The notes under the pieces were generated by a model. The model was not told the DNA's origin and made no database searches. It worked only from the letters and a program-made list of their open reading frames with translations. A program made the position numbers and the translations under genes. 51,546 nucleotides of DNA from Fidelibacterota bacterium (GTDB lineage: Bacteria; Fidelibacterota; Marinisomatia; Marinisomatales; UBA1611): positions 1 through 51,546 of the forward strand of contig JAPYRR010000003.1 of assembly GCA_029936885.1 (NCBI GenBank), read 5' to 3'. Positions 39,067 to 48,235 of this stretch are shown piece after piece. Within the stretch, counting starts at the first letter, position 1; the number at the start of each line of letters is the position of its first letter.

Positions 39067-40377
39067 TTAATTCAAGTATTCTACGATAACCGGAGAATAT
39101 TCAACCTTTGAATCATGGATAGAATAGGCTTGTTGAATTATATCAATAGCACGATTCCCATCATTTTCATTTTTCGCATGTACAAATGCCAAAGTTTGTC
39201 CCGTTTCAACTTTTTCACCCAGTCCTAAAACGTGAGTGAGCCCTACACTATGATCAATAGCGTCGCTGACTTTTTTACGTCCACCTCCCAGTTCTACCAC
39301 GGCGAGCCCCACAGACCGAGTATCGATTTGAGAAATAAAACCAGATCGAATTGCGGGAATCGGTTTTACCACAGATGCTGATTCAAAATGTGAATCGGTA
39401 TTATCTAAAATATTTTTGGGTCCGCCTAATTCAGAAACCATTTTTTCAAATGTTTCTGCGGCACTTCCAGTATCTATAGCTTTGATTACTTTTTTCAATC
39501 CTTCATCTTTCGAATCACACAATCCCGCCACAATTAACATTTCGCTGGCTAAAGAAATAACTACTTTGTGCAATCGAGATTCTTGCCGCACGCCCGTTAC
39601 GTAGTCAATCACTTCTTTTATTTCTAATGCATTCCCTATGGAATTGCCAAGGGGTTGATTCATATCTGTAATGATTGCAGATGTTTTCATGCCGAATTTC
39701 TTTGCCACTTGAATAATGCTGTTTCCCACATTTTTTGCGAATTCTAAATTTTCTGCAAAGGCACCATTCCCCATTTTAATATCCATGACCAATCCATCTA
39801 AGCCCGCAGCAACTTTTTTCGAAAGAATGGAAGCTGTAATGAGCGGGATTGATTCCACAGTAGCGGTCACATCTCTAACCCCATAAATCACTTTATCTGC
39901 AGGCGCTAAATTAGAAGTTTGGCCAATAATGGCGCACCCAACATTTTTTACAACTTTATGGAAAAGTGAATTCTCTGGTGATGTATTATATCCAGAAATG
40001 GATTCTAATTTGTCAAGGGTGCCACCGGTATGTCCCAGTCCACGACCAGAGATCATGGGATTATAAATACCACAAGATGCCACAATGGGCGCCAACATGA
40101 GACTCACCTTATCGCCCACACCACCGGTGGAATGCTTATCGATCACAGGACCATCTAAATCTTTCCAGTTTAATTTGTCTCCCGACTTAACCATTTGATC
40201 TGTGAAAGAATGTGTTTCTTCAATCGACATACCTTTAAATAAAACCGCCATACAAAACGCAGCAATATGACTTTCGGAAACGGCACCATTGGAGATTCCT
40301 TCAATGTAATATTGAATTTCCTTATCCGTTAAAGACAGTCCGTCTCTCTTTTTTCGTATGATTTCTTGGGGGAGCAT
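39067..40377 (-). CDS. deoA: Thymidine/pyrimidine-nucleoside phosphorylase
   Basis: 436 aa. KHSTGGVGDK phosphate-binding motif, SGRGLGHTGGTLDKLE, C-terminal alpha/beta domain. Confidence 0.93.
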   Translation of the reverse strand: MLPQEIIRKKRDGLSLTDKEIQYYIEGISNGAVSESHIAAFCMAVLFKGMSIEETHSFTDQMVKSGDKLNWKDLDGPVIDKHSTGGVGDKVSLMLAPIVASCGIYNPMISGRGLGHTGGTLDKLESISGYNTSPENSLFHKVVKNVGCAIIGQTSNLAPADKVIYGVRDVTATVESIPLITASILSKKVAAGLDGLVMDIKMGNGAFAENLEFAKNVGNSIIQVAKKFGMKTSAIITDMNQPLGNSIGNALEIKEVIDYVTGVRQESRLHKVVISLASEMLIVAGLCDSKDEGLKKVIKAIDTGSAAETFEKMVSELGGPKNILDNTDSHFESASVVKPIPAIRSGFISQIDTRSVGLAVVELGGGRKKVSDAIDHSVGLTHVLGLGEKVETGQTLAFVHAKNENDGNRAIDIIQQAYSIHDSKVEYSPVIVEYLN

Positions 40378-40445
40378 TGTTAATCTGTAATTATTTAAAA
40401 AGTAAAACGTAATTAATTGGTTTTACATGATTTCGATTTAAATAA

Positions 40446-41279
40446 TTATAGGGTTTCATAATTTGAAAGGAATTCGCCCAAAAGGGCTTGGAGATCATTT
40501 GCGGCCATGGCTGCATTATTCATTGTTTGGTCATGGCTCAATTCTTCATTACTCATGCCCGCGGCCATATTGGTGATAATTGAAATTGCCGCAACTTTTA
40601 ATCCATAAAATCGAGCAAGAATCACTTCTGGAACTGTAGACATTCCAACTGCATCTGCACCTAATAATTTTGCGGCTCGAATTTCCGCGGGCGTTTCAAA
40701 ACTGGGTCCGCTAAACCAAATATACACGCCTTCATGCAAAGTAATATTTTGTGTACTAGCGGCCGTTCTAAGTTTTTCACACAAAGATGGATGATAAGCA
40801 TCAACCATATCAACAAAACGAGATATTTCCGATTCACCAAATAATGGGTTCACGCCCGTAAAATTTATATGATCGGTCAACATCATGATACTTCCAGGCT
40901 GTGCTTCCGGTTTCAAACTTCCCGCAGCATTGGTCAATAAAAGTGTTTCACACCCTAATTTTTTTAATGTTTCAACAGGTGTCCTCATCACATCTGGTTT
41001 GCCCGATTCATAATAATGAGCTCGCCCCTGTAACACAATTATTTCGGTGCCATTTAACTCTCCCAAGATAAGTTGCCCAGCATGACCTTTAACACCGGCA
41101 TCGGGGAATCCGGGAAGGTCTTCGTAAGATAATATTATTTTATTATGAACATTATCTACAAAAGATCCTAATCCCGATCCTAAAATAATTCCAACTTTTG
41201 GCTGGCGACCTTCTGATTTAGATTGAATGAATTCAACCGCTTTTTTACTTCGATAAAAGTGTGTGGAAAGATTATTCAT
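40446..41279 (-). CDS. punA: Purine nucleoside phosphorylase (trimeric PNP/PunA type)
   Basis: 277 aa. ILGSGLGSF, GRAHYYE, TNAAGSL, VGMSTVPE motifs. Confidence 0.9.
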   Translation of the reverse strand: MNNLSTHFYRSKKAVEFIQSKSEGRQPKVGIILGSGLGSFVDNVHNKIILSYEDLPGFPDAGVKGHAGQLILGELNGTEIIVLQGRAHYYESGKPDVMRTPVETLKKLGCETLLLTNAAGSLKPEAQPGSIMMLTDHINFTGVNPLFGESEISRFVDMVDAYHPSLCEKLRTAASTQNITLHEGVYIWFSGPSFETPAEIRAAKLLGADAVGMSTVPEVILARFYGLKVAAISIITNMAAGMSNEELSHDQTMNNAAMAANDLQALLGEFLSNYETL

Positions 41280-41454
41280 TCTTTTATTTCCAAAATAATT
41301 ATGTAATTATGGAACAAGTAAATTCTCCCAATCCGGATTGTTTTCCATAGTTACGTTTTAAATAATTAGAAATTTTAAATAAAACCAAATTAACATTATT
41401 CAAAATATTTCCATCAAAGTAACAATTTATCTTCATTTCAAAATCGGCCATCAA

Positions 41455-42330
41455 TCAAACTCCAATCGGATGCCAAGTCGTTTTTGTTTCTTGGCATTTT
41501 AATATATGGTAGGGACTTTGGTGCTGGTCCTTGGCCCAATCCTGCACCGGAAACTGAATGACATGCTTCACATTTAATGCGGCATTCATTTCAACCAATT
41601 TTTTATCATCTTCATTATCACCGCAATAAATAATTGCATTCACATCCATATGAGATGAAAAATGGTCTATCAATTCTGATCGGTAACCGGTTAAAATATT
41701 TATAACGCCACCGGGAACATCGGATGTATAAAGCACTTCTCCAAATGAGATTGAACAAAGAGGAAAGGATTCTGAAGCCATAATTACAATTGAATTTCCA
41801 CCTGCAATAACCGGCGCAATGATAGAAACTAATCCCAAAAGCGAAGAATCATCTGGGGCTATAGCTGCAACGACACCTGTGGCTTCCGTGCTAGTAAAAT
41901 TAAAATAAGGCAGTGAAACAGGATTCACTCGACTAAATATCTGCTGAAATTTATCAGCCCAGCCGGCATAATAAATAAGACGATCAATAGATTGATTTAT
42001 CTCTTTTTCAGCCTGTTTTTTACTCAAGCCTTGTAGCGTTAATTCCGCCATAAATTGATCTCTTCGACCTTCCAGCATTTCACCAACGCGATATAAAATT
42101 TGAGCACGATTATACGCCGTACGAGAAGACCATCCACTAACAGCACCGCGCGCAGATACCATGGCATTTCTAAAATCTTTACGAGATCCACGGCAAATAT
42201 TTACAACTGTACTATTCTTTTTATCCGCCCATTTTATATATCGTCCGGATTCAGTTCGCGGGAATTTTCCGCCAATATAAAGTTTGTATGTTTTTTGAAT
42301 ATTTATTCTTTCACTCATTTCATTTCCCAA
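41455..42330 (-). CDS. Aldehyde-dehydrogenase-like protein lacking the catalytic domain
   Basis: 291 aa. ALDH-type N-terminus (YKLYIGGKF...) and cofactor-domain pattern. It has APDDSS where ALDHs have PWNFP, and VIQFPV where they have LELGGK. There is no catalytic-Cys segment. It ends with an ALDH-like ETKTTWHPIGV. Confidence 0.7.
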   Translation of the reverse strand: MGNEMSERINIQKTYKLYIGGKFPRTESGRYIKWADKKNSTVVNICRGSRKDFRNAMVSARGAVSGWSSRTAYNRAQILYRVGEMLEGRRDQFMAELTLQGLSKKQAEKEINQSIDRLIYYAGWADKFQQIFSRVNPVSLPYFNFTSTEATGVVAAIAPDDSSLLGLVSIIAPVIAGGNSIVIMASESFPLCSISFGEVLYTSDVPGGVINILTGYRSELIDHFSSHMDVNAIIYCGDNEDDKKLVEMNAALNVKHVIQFPVQDWAKDQHQSPYHILKCQETKTTWHPIGV

Positions 42331-42369
42331 ATAATTATTTTTTCTTTGTGTCTCTCTGCATTTAAAGAT

Positions 42370-43818
42370 TTAAACCAAATTCACGTAACCCGAGAGTCCT
42401 TCAATCCCACCTTCACTGCCTACACCACTTTCTTTATATCCACCAAAAGGAGATGCGGGATCAAACTTGTTAAAGGTATTTGCCCAAATAACGCCAGCAC
42501 GAATATCTTGACTTACTTTATAAATTTTGGAACCTTTATCTGTCCAAACGCCACCGGATAATCCATAGGGTGAATTATTGGCTTTGGCGATGACTTCATC
42601 AACAGTACGGAAAGTTTGAATCGCCAATACGGGACCAAATATTTCTTCTTGAACAATACGGTTGGATTGGCTTACATCGGTAAATATCGTTGGTGCAAAC
42701 CAATATCCTTTTTTAGGGAGAGAACACGATGTTTGATAAAGGGTGCCTCCTTCATTTTTCCCGAGCTTAACATATTCTTTTATTTTGTCCAACTGCATTT
42801 TGGAATTGATGGCGCCAATATCCGTGTTTTTATCCAATGGATCACCCACAATTAATGTATCCATCCGTTTTTGAAGTTTGGCAATCACTTCTTCGGCAAC
42901 GCCCTCTTGCACATACAAACGAGAGCCGGCACAACATACATGCCCTTGATTAAAAAAGATTGCATTAATAATCCCCTCTACAGCTTGATCGATGGCTGCA
43001 TCTTCAAAAATAATATTGGCAGCTTTCCCGCCTAGTTCTAATGTGTATTTTTTCCCTGACCCGGCTACAGATTCCATGATGTATTTTCCAACATCTGTAC
43101 TGCCGGTGAATGCAATTTTATTTATATCGCCATGGTTCACCAAATGTCGTCCAGTCTCCCCAGCGCCATTTATAATATTGACTACGCCCGGTGGTAAATC
43201 TGCTTCCTGAATAATTTCTGCCAATTTCATAGCCGTAAGCGGCGTGGTTTCCGCAGGTTTTAAAACAACAGTATTTCCCGTGGCCAAGGCCGGTGCCAAT
43301 TTCCAAGCAGCCATGAGAAGTGGGAAATTCCATGGAATAATTTGGCCTACAACGCCTAATGGTTTTGCAGTCCTTCCAGGAAAAGCATACTCTAATTTGT
43401 CCGCCCATCCAGCATGATAAAAGAAATGTGCTGCGGCTAATGGTACATCTACATCTCGGGATTCACGAATGGGTTTTCCCCCATCTAATGTTTCAATAAC
43501 TGAAAATTCTCGTGCACGCTCCTGAAGTAATCGGGCAATTCGAAAAATATATTTCCCCCGTTCCTTCGCAGGCATTTTTGACCAAGTTTTGTCATAGGCT
43601 TTTCTTGCCGAAGCCACTGCTTTTTCAACATCCGCTTTGCCAGCTTGAGCTACTTCTGCTATTTTTTTCTCATTTGATGGATTGATAGTGTCAAAATATT
43701 TCCCATCAGAGCTCGGGACAAATTCACCATTAATAAATAAATCATATTTATCTTTTAATTGAATATGATCGGTGCTTTCTGGTGCAGGACTATACTCCCA
43801 AGTTTTTACTTTTTTCAT
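42370..43818 (-). CDS. NAD(P)-dependent aldehyde dehydrogenase
   Basis: 482 aa. IIPWNFP, general-base LELGGKA, catalytic CCAGSR, EEIFGPV. Confidence 0.93.
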   Translation of the reverse strand: MKKVKTWEYSPAPESTDHIQLKDKYDLFINGEFVPSSDGKYFDTINPSNEKKIAEVAQAGKADVEKAVASARKAYDKTWSKMPAKERGKYIFRIARLLQERAREFSVIETLDGGKPIRESRDVDVPLAAAHFFYHAGWADKLEYAFPGRTAKPLGVVGQIIPWNFPLLMAAWKLAPALATGNTVVLKPAETTPLTAMKLAEIIQEADLPPGVVNIINGAGETGRHLVNHGDINKIAFTGSTDVGKYIMESVAGSGKKYTLELGGKAANIIFEDAAIDQAVEGIINAIFFNQGHVCCAGSRLYVQEGVAEEVIAKLQKRMDTLIVGDPLDKNTDIGAINSKMQLDKIKEYVKLGKNEGGTLYQTSCSLPKKGYWFAPTIFTDVSQSNRIVQEEIFGPVLAIQTFRTVDEVIAKANNSPYGLSGGVWTDKGSKIYKVSQDIRAGVIWANTFNKFDPASPFGGYKESGVGSEGGIEGLSGYVNLV

Positions 43819-43880
43819 AATTGTTTCTAACCTCTTTAAATCTTCAGCTTCGTACTTAAGTACTTCCGAAATTATTAAAA

Positions 43881-44780
43881 CTAATCAATTGAAAAATAAT
43901 CTTTCGATTGATATTGACCTGTGGTTTGTTTCATAATCTGCATCAAAATATCATTGGCGAGAGAACTTGCCCCAAACCTAAATAAGTCTGGAGATAGCCA
44001 TTCACTGCCTAAAGTCTCTTTAATCATTACCAAATATTGAATGGCTTGTTTTGCGGTTCCGATGCCTCCCGCAGGTTTCATCCCAATTTTCTTTCCAGTC
44101 TTTGTTTGAAAATCTCTTACAGCTTCTAGCATGGTCAAAACCACAGGTGGTGTGGCTGCTGGAGAAATTTTTCCTGTTGATGTTTTAATAAAGTCAGCAC
44201 CCGCTTCCATGGCAATATCACTGGCAAGTCGGACATTATCTAATGTGACCAATTCACCCGTTTCTAAAATCACTTTCAAATGTGCTTTCCCACAGGCTTC
44301 CTTCACTTGAGAAATTTCATCCGAAACATATCCATAATTTCCACTGAGAAATTTCCCACGGGAAATGACCATATCCACTTCATCAGCGCCAGCATCAACT
44401 ACAGATTTTACTTCCTCCAGTTTTGCTTTAATATCAGCCATTCCACTGGGGAAAGCTGTTGCGACGGATGCCACATTGATGCCAGTTCCATCCAATGACT
44501 TTTTGGCAATTGGAACCATATTGGGATAAACACAAATTGCTGCAACATTGGGTAAACCCGGATATTTATCATGAAGGTGAGATGCTTTATAGCATAATTG
44601 TTTCACTTTCCCCTCAGAATCTTTTCCTTCCAAAGTGGTAAGATCAATCATGCTTAATGCGAGATGCAATGCTTGCATTTTTGATTCTTTTTTAATACTT
44701 CGAGAAAAAAGTCGTGCAACTCTCTCTTGAGCATTCACTTGATCAATGAGATGGGTGTATTGTTGAATTTCTAAAGCCAT
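43881..44780 (-). CDS. deoC: Deoxyribose-phosphate aldolase (long form)
   Basis: 299 aa. TIM-barrel aldolase with the Schiff-base Lys context GADFIKTSTGK and MKPAGGI. Confidence 0.88.
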   Translation of the reverse strand: MALEIQQYTHLIDQVNAQERVARLFSRSIKKESKMQALHLALSMIDLTTLEGKDSEGKVKQLCYKASHLHDKYPGLPNVAAICVYPNMVPIAKKSLDGTGINVASVATAFPSGMADIKAKLEEVKSVVDAGADEVDMVISRGKFLSGNYGYVSDEISQVKEACGKAHLKVILETGELVTLDNVRLASDIAMEAGADFIKTSTGKISPAATPPVVLTMLEAVRDFQTKTGKKIGMKPAGGIGTAKQAIQYLVMIKETLGSEWLSPDLFRFGASSLANDILMQIMKQTTGQYQSKDYFSID

Positions 44781-44838
44781 TACAATTTTTGGGCAAGGCT
44801 TAATTTATATACAATATTTCAATATTGAATGAATCTTC

Positions 44839-46176
44839 TTACAAACATGATTTAATTTGTCGAACGAGGTTTTCAGCGTCAAATTTGTTTGGCGCTTCGG
44901 CATAAATCCGCATTATAGGCTCGGTATTGGATTTCCGAAGATGTACCCAACGATCATCCCAAGTAAACTTTACACCATCTATTGTATTTTTTTCAGCATC
45001 AGCAAAAAGTGACTCCACTTTTTTAAGTAATTCATCTGGATTAATTCCTTCCAAATTTACTTTATCTTTCACAATCTCAAATTGGGGAAATGATTTGTGA
45101 ATCACACTTAAGGGTTCATCCGTTTGAGACATACGATTTAAAACCATGGTCGCTGCAACAAGCGAATCCCGACCCAAATGGCATTCCCGAAGAATGACGC
45201 CGCCATTCCCTTCACCACCCAAATCAGAACCAATCTCATTCATTTTATTAACCACATTTATCTCTCCCACTGCGGACCGAGTTACTGAACTATTTTTGGA
45301 TTCAGCCAGTTTTTCTAATGCCATTGATGTGGACAGATTTACCACAAATTTCTCCATCTTTCCAGTATCATTCAAATATCCATCTGCTACCAAAACTAAT
45401 GTGTATTCTTCTCCTAAGGGCTCCCCCTTTTCATTTACAATCGCCAAGCGGTCGGCATCCGGATCCACGGCAAAGCCAGCATCAGCATTGTTGCTGGTAA
45501 CAGCATGAGATAAATCTTTTAAATTTTCAGGAAGCGGTTCTGTACCACGAGTGAAATTCCCATCGGGTTCACAATTCAGTTCTATCACTTCACAGCCCAA
45601 TGATTCTAAAATAGCTGGAAGCGCATGGGCACCACCCCCATTTACAGCATCAATAACAACTTTAAAATGACGACGTTGAATTCGGTTGAGATCAATGCAT
45701 TTTAAACTAACACAGGCGATGACATGTTTTTGGATTGCATTCTGTTCGGGCCAAATGATTCCCGGTTCATCAGCGTCTTTTAAATCAAGGTTAGCATCTA
45801 CCATATCAAAAAGTTTTTCACACTCATTCGGATGAAAAAAAGTGCTATCTTCCCGAACAAACTTGAGACCATTCCATTCAATGGGGTTATGGCTGGCCGT
45901 AACAATAAAACCACCCACAGCTTCTGTATTATGAACCATAAATTGTACCGTAGGCGTTGGAACAATTCCACATAAGATTACCGTTCTGCCCAGACGTGTA
46001 AGTTCACTCATCATAGCATGAAGCATATCTTCTCCGGACGGGCGACTATCCTGGCCTGCCATAATAACACCATTTGGTAAAAACTGATGCAACGCTTTTG
46101 CGTAAGCAATAGATGATTCGGGAGTGAGATGTGTTTCGGTTAAACCGCGAACACCTGATATACTTCTGATTAACAT
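44839..46176 (-). CDS. Alpha-D-phosphohexomutase-family mutase; probable phosphopentomutase by context
   Basis: About 445 aa from ATG 46176 (MLIRSISGVRG). Phosphoserine loop TASHNP, metal loop DPDADR, GGEGNGG sugar loop. The N-terminal 28 codons of the track ORF overlap the rpsU terminator and were trimmed. Confidence 0.8.
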   Translation of the reverse strand: MLIRSISGVRGLTETHLTPESSIAYAKALHQFLPNGVIMAGQDSRPSGEDMLHAMMSELTRLGRTVILCGIVPTPTVQFMVHNTEAVGGFIVTASHNPIEWNGLKFVREDSTFFHPNECEKLFDMVDANLDLKDADEPGIIWPEQNAIQKHVIACVSLKCIDLNRIQRRHFKVVIDAVNGGGAHALPAILESLGCEVIELNCEPDGNFTRGTEPLPENLKDLSHAVTSNNADAGFAVDPDADRLAIVNEKGEPLGEEYTLVLVADGYLNDTGKMEKFVVNLSTSMALEKLAESKNSSVTRSAVGEINVVNKMNEIGSDLGGEGNGGVILRECHLGRDSLVAATMVLNRMSQTDEPLSVIHKSFPQFEIVKDKVNLEGINPDELLKKVESLFADAEKNTIDGVKFTWDDRWVHLRKSNTEPIMRIYAEAPNKFDAENLVRQIKSCL

Positions 46177-46233
46177 AATTTGGATTAGGATTAAAAAATA
46201 AGTACTAGAAACTCGGAATAGGTTTGAAATGTT

Positions 46234-46270
46234 CCAAAAAGAAAAGCCCCGGCAAAACAACCGAGGCTTT
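46234..46270 (-). terminator. Rho-independent terminator after rpsU
   Basis: On the - strand: AAAGCCTCGG-ttgttttg-CCGGGGCTTT (10-bp stem including one G.U) followed by TCTTTTT. It lies 23 nt after the rpsU stop. Confidence 0.65.
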
Positions 46271-46292
46271 ATTTAATTTCCCGATTGGGAGT

Positions 46293-46538
46293 CTATTTAC
46301 GACGTCTTCGACGACGTTGACGACTGGCCCGCGGATCGTTCCGCAAAGCCTCTATCCGAGCATTCCTTTTGATACGACGAGTTGTCTTTTTACGAGCTTC
46401 CCGTTTCGCATCGCTAGGCTTTTCATAAAAGGATCTCGTACGAACTTCCCGCAGAATGCCAGCGCGTTCCCACATCTTTTTAAATCGACGTAGGGCACGT
46501 TCAAATGATTCCTTTTCTTTGACTTGGACTTCAACCAC
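46293..46538 (-). CDS. rpsU: 30S ribosomal protein S21
   Basis: 81 aa. [38 protein letters not shown] is the S21 core. GGAGGTG Shine-Dalgarno upstream. Arg-rich tail RQRRRRRRK. Confidence 0.92.
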   Translation of the reverse strand: MVEVQVKEKESFERALRRFKKMWERAGILREVRTRSFYEKPSDAKREARKKTTRRIKRNARIEALRNDPRASRQRRRRRRK

Positions 46539-46593
46539 TTAAATCACCTCCAGAGTGTAGTTTGTGGTTTTTCAATTAATTTATTTTTGCTTT

Positions 46594-46619
46594 AAAAAAG
46601 CCGGCGATTTTACCGGTTT
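46594..46619 (-). terminator. Weak candidate terminator after rsmA
   Basis: On the - strand: AAACCGG-taaaatcg-CCGGCTTTTTT. The stem is short (4 GC pairs plus A-U pairs across a bulge), followed by a T-run. Confidence 0.3.
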
Positions 46620-46638
46620 GTGCTCACACTTCCAAGAC

Positions 46639-47403
46639 TTAAACCATTGAAGCAAATTCTTCAGTGGTAAGCGTTTCCGGTCGTCGGGTAAAATCAATCC
46701 TTTCTTTAACTTCATTTGAGAAATCCCAGCTCTTAAGAGTATTCCTTAACATTTTCCTTCTTTGAGAAAAAGCATCGGCAACAAGTTTATTGAATCGAAC
46801 ATATTTTTCATCAGGAATAATGGGTGTTTCTTTTTTTGTGAACCGAATGATAGCAGAATCCACTTTGGGTTTGGGGATGAAAACATCTGGCGGAATTGTG
46901 AAACAATATTCCATATTTAAGTAGGCACTAACAACAACTGTGAATCTGCCATAGGCTTTAGTTCCAACTTTTGCAGATAATCGTTCTGCCACCTCTCTTT
47001 GCATCATAATGAATGCGTCATCCCAAAAATCCAATTGCTCAATGAGCCAGAAAATAATGGGCGATGTAATATTATAAGGAATATTCCCAATCACACGAAC
47101 CGGGTTTTTGATTGGCAGATATTCAATTTCCTGAAGCAATATATCGCCATGGATAACTTTCAATCCTTTCAATGATGTTTGATTTTGCAAATACTCAATG
47201 AGCATGGGATCGATCTCGATAGCAACCATTTCTTTTACAAAGGGAAAAATCCGTTCGGTTAGGGCGCCTTCTCCGGGACCAATCTCAATGATAGAATCTG
47301 ATTTTTGTGGATCAACGGTGCGAACAATTTTGTCCAGAAGATTTCCGTCAGCGAGGAAGTTTTGTCCCCACTTTTTTCGGAACGGGTGGTCAGTCTTTTT
47401 CAT
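46639..47403 (-). CDS. rsmA: 16S rRNA (adenine1518/1519-N6)-dimethyltransferase
   Basis: 254 aa. KKWGQNFL, IEIGPGEGALT, GNIPYNITSPI motifs. Confidence 0.93.
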   Translation of the reverse strand: MKKTDHPFRKKWGQNFLADGNLLDKIVRTVDPQKSDSIIEIGPGEGALTERIFPFVKEMVAIEIDPMLIEYLQNQTSLKGLKVIHGDILLQEIEYLPIKNPVRVIGNIPYNITSPIIFWLIEQLDFWDDAFIMMQREVAERLSAKVGTKAYGRFTVVVSAYLNMEYCFTIPPDVFIPKPKVDSAIIRFTKKETPIIPDEKYVRFNKLVADAFSQRRKMLRNTLKSWDFSNEVKERIDFTRRPETLTTEEFASMV

Positions 47404-47411
47404 TTTTATGA

Positions 47412-48104
47412 TTACAATATTTCAGGCACTGTATTCTTATATGATTCTAGATTATTTATAACTTTTTCAATGGATGTTGTGGACTGTTCAAATCGTTCAT
47501 TCAGACGAAAAACTCCATTCCTGAATAATCTTAAATACGAAATAAAATCATCTTCCTTTCCTTTTAACAATTCCACAATTTCTTCAGATCTTTTGTCCAA
47601 GTCTAATAAATTATTCGGCGCAAGAAAATTCAGTTTACAATAAGTGGCATATTCACCTGACTTTTGGAACAATACTTTTACCCGAAGAAGTTTTGCCCTA
47701 TATATATCATCAATTTGATTAATTATACTTGAAGGTAACATTTTCCATAAATCCGAATTTGAGAGTCCGGTATATGCAGGAGAGTTTATTTCATGAAACC
47801 ATGAATCATCTCCTATTAATTTCAACATGTATTTAATCTCTGTTGAATCAATTCGACTTTCATTGTGCCAAGTGTGTATAATCTTATCTGACTTTTGAAT
47901 CATCTTCATTCCGGCATCAAGGTCAGAAATAAGCTCGTTTCTTTTTAGATCTAAATCGTTAATAATTGCCTCAAATAATTGAATTTCTAACTGCTTTTCT
48001 TTGCGACTTTCATTCCAATTATTGATTTGAAGTGCGATTAATATTCCGATAACCAAGAGTCCAATTTCTACTAGTCCATAAATCATATAATTATTCACTT
48101 CCAT
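47412..48104 (-). CDS. DUF6090-like membrane-anchored protein
   Basis: 230 aa. TM anchor with VIGILIALQINNWNE, the signature I associate with DUF6090 proteins of Bacteroidota. The rest is helical. Confidence 0.55.
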   Translation of the reverse strand: MEVNNYMIYGLVEIGLLVIGILIALQINNWNESRKEKQLEIQLFEAIINDLDLKRNELISDLDAGMKMIQKSDKIIHTWHNESRIDSTEIKYMLKLIGDDSWFHEINSPAYTGLSNSDLWKMLPSSIINQIDDIYRAKLLRVKVLFQKSGEYATYCKLNFLAPNNLLDLDKRSEEIVELLKGKEDDFISYLRLFRNGVFRLNERFEQSTTSIEKVINNLESYKNTVPEIL

Positions 48105-48144
48105 AATTCTACCTTTCGCTTTTTCCGATTATCTTTTTTATAAA

Positions 48145-48220
48145 AGAAAAATGAACCCTGCGTTTTCCTTTTATAAGAGGAAATTGAATACGGTATCAAA
48201 AATAACTGGTTCATTTTTCT
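48145..48220. repeat. 13-bp perfect inverted repeat (AGAAAAATGAACC ... GGTTCATTTTTCT) with a 50-nt spacer containing an inner 6-bp hairpin
   Basis: Read directly: arms at 48145-48157 and 48208-48220. Inner pairing is TTTCCT/AGGAAA. On the - strand the outer stem is followed by TTTTAT. Confidence 0.7.
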
Positions 48221-48235
48221 CTCCTTTTTTTATCT

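Noticed and set aside
41359-41451. Small - strand ORF starting 3 nt after the ALDH-like stop; it first looked like about 50 codons
   Set aside because: On careful base-by-base re-reading it stops after 30 codons (MADFEMKINCYFDGNILIMLIWFYLKFLII). My first reading contained an inserted base. It is too short and too AT-driven to report.
42100-42561. 153-aa + strand ORF spanning the junction of the two ALDH genes
   Set aside because: It is antisense to two well-supported genes, its sequence is low-complexity (Ser/Thr/Ile/Phe-rich) and it has no motif. This is a typical shadow ORF.
46177-46260. N-terminal extensions of track ORFs (44839-46260, 12200-13582, 29616-30149, 10047-10772, 36494-37918)
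   Set aside because: The extensions overlap upstream genes or a terminator hairpin and encode non-homologous residues. Internal ATGs give canonical N-termini (MLIRSISGVRG, MKILIYCF signal peptide, [23 protein letters not shown]).
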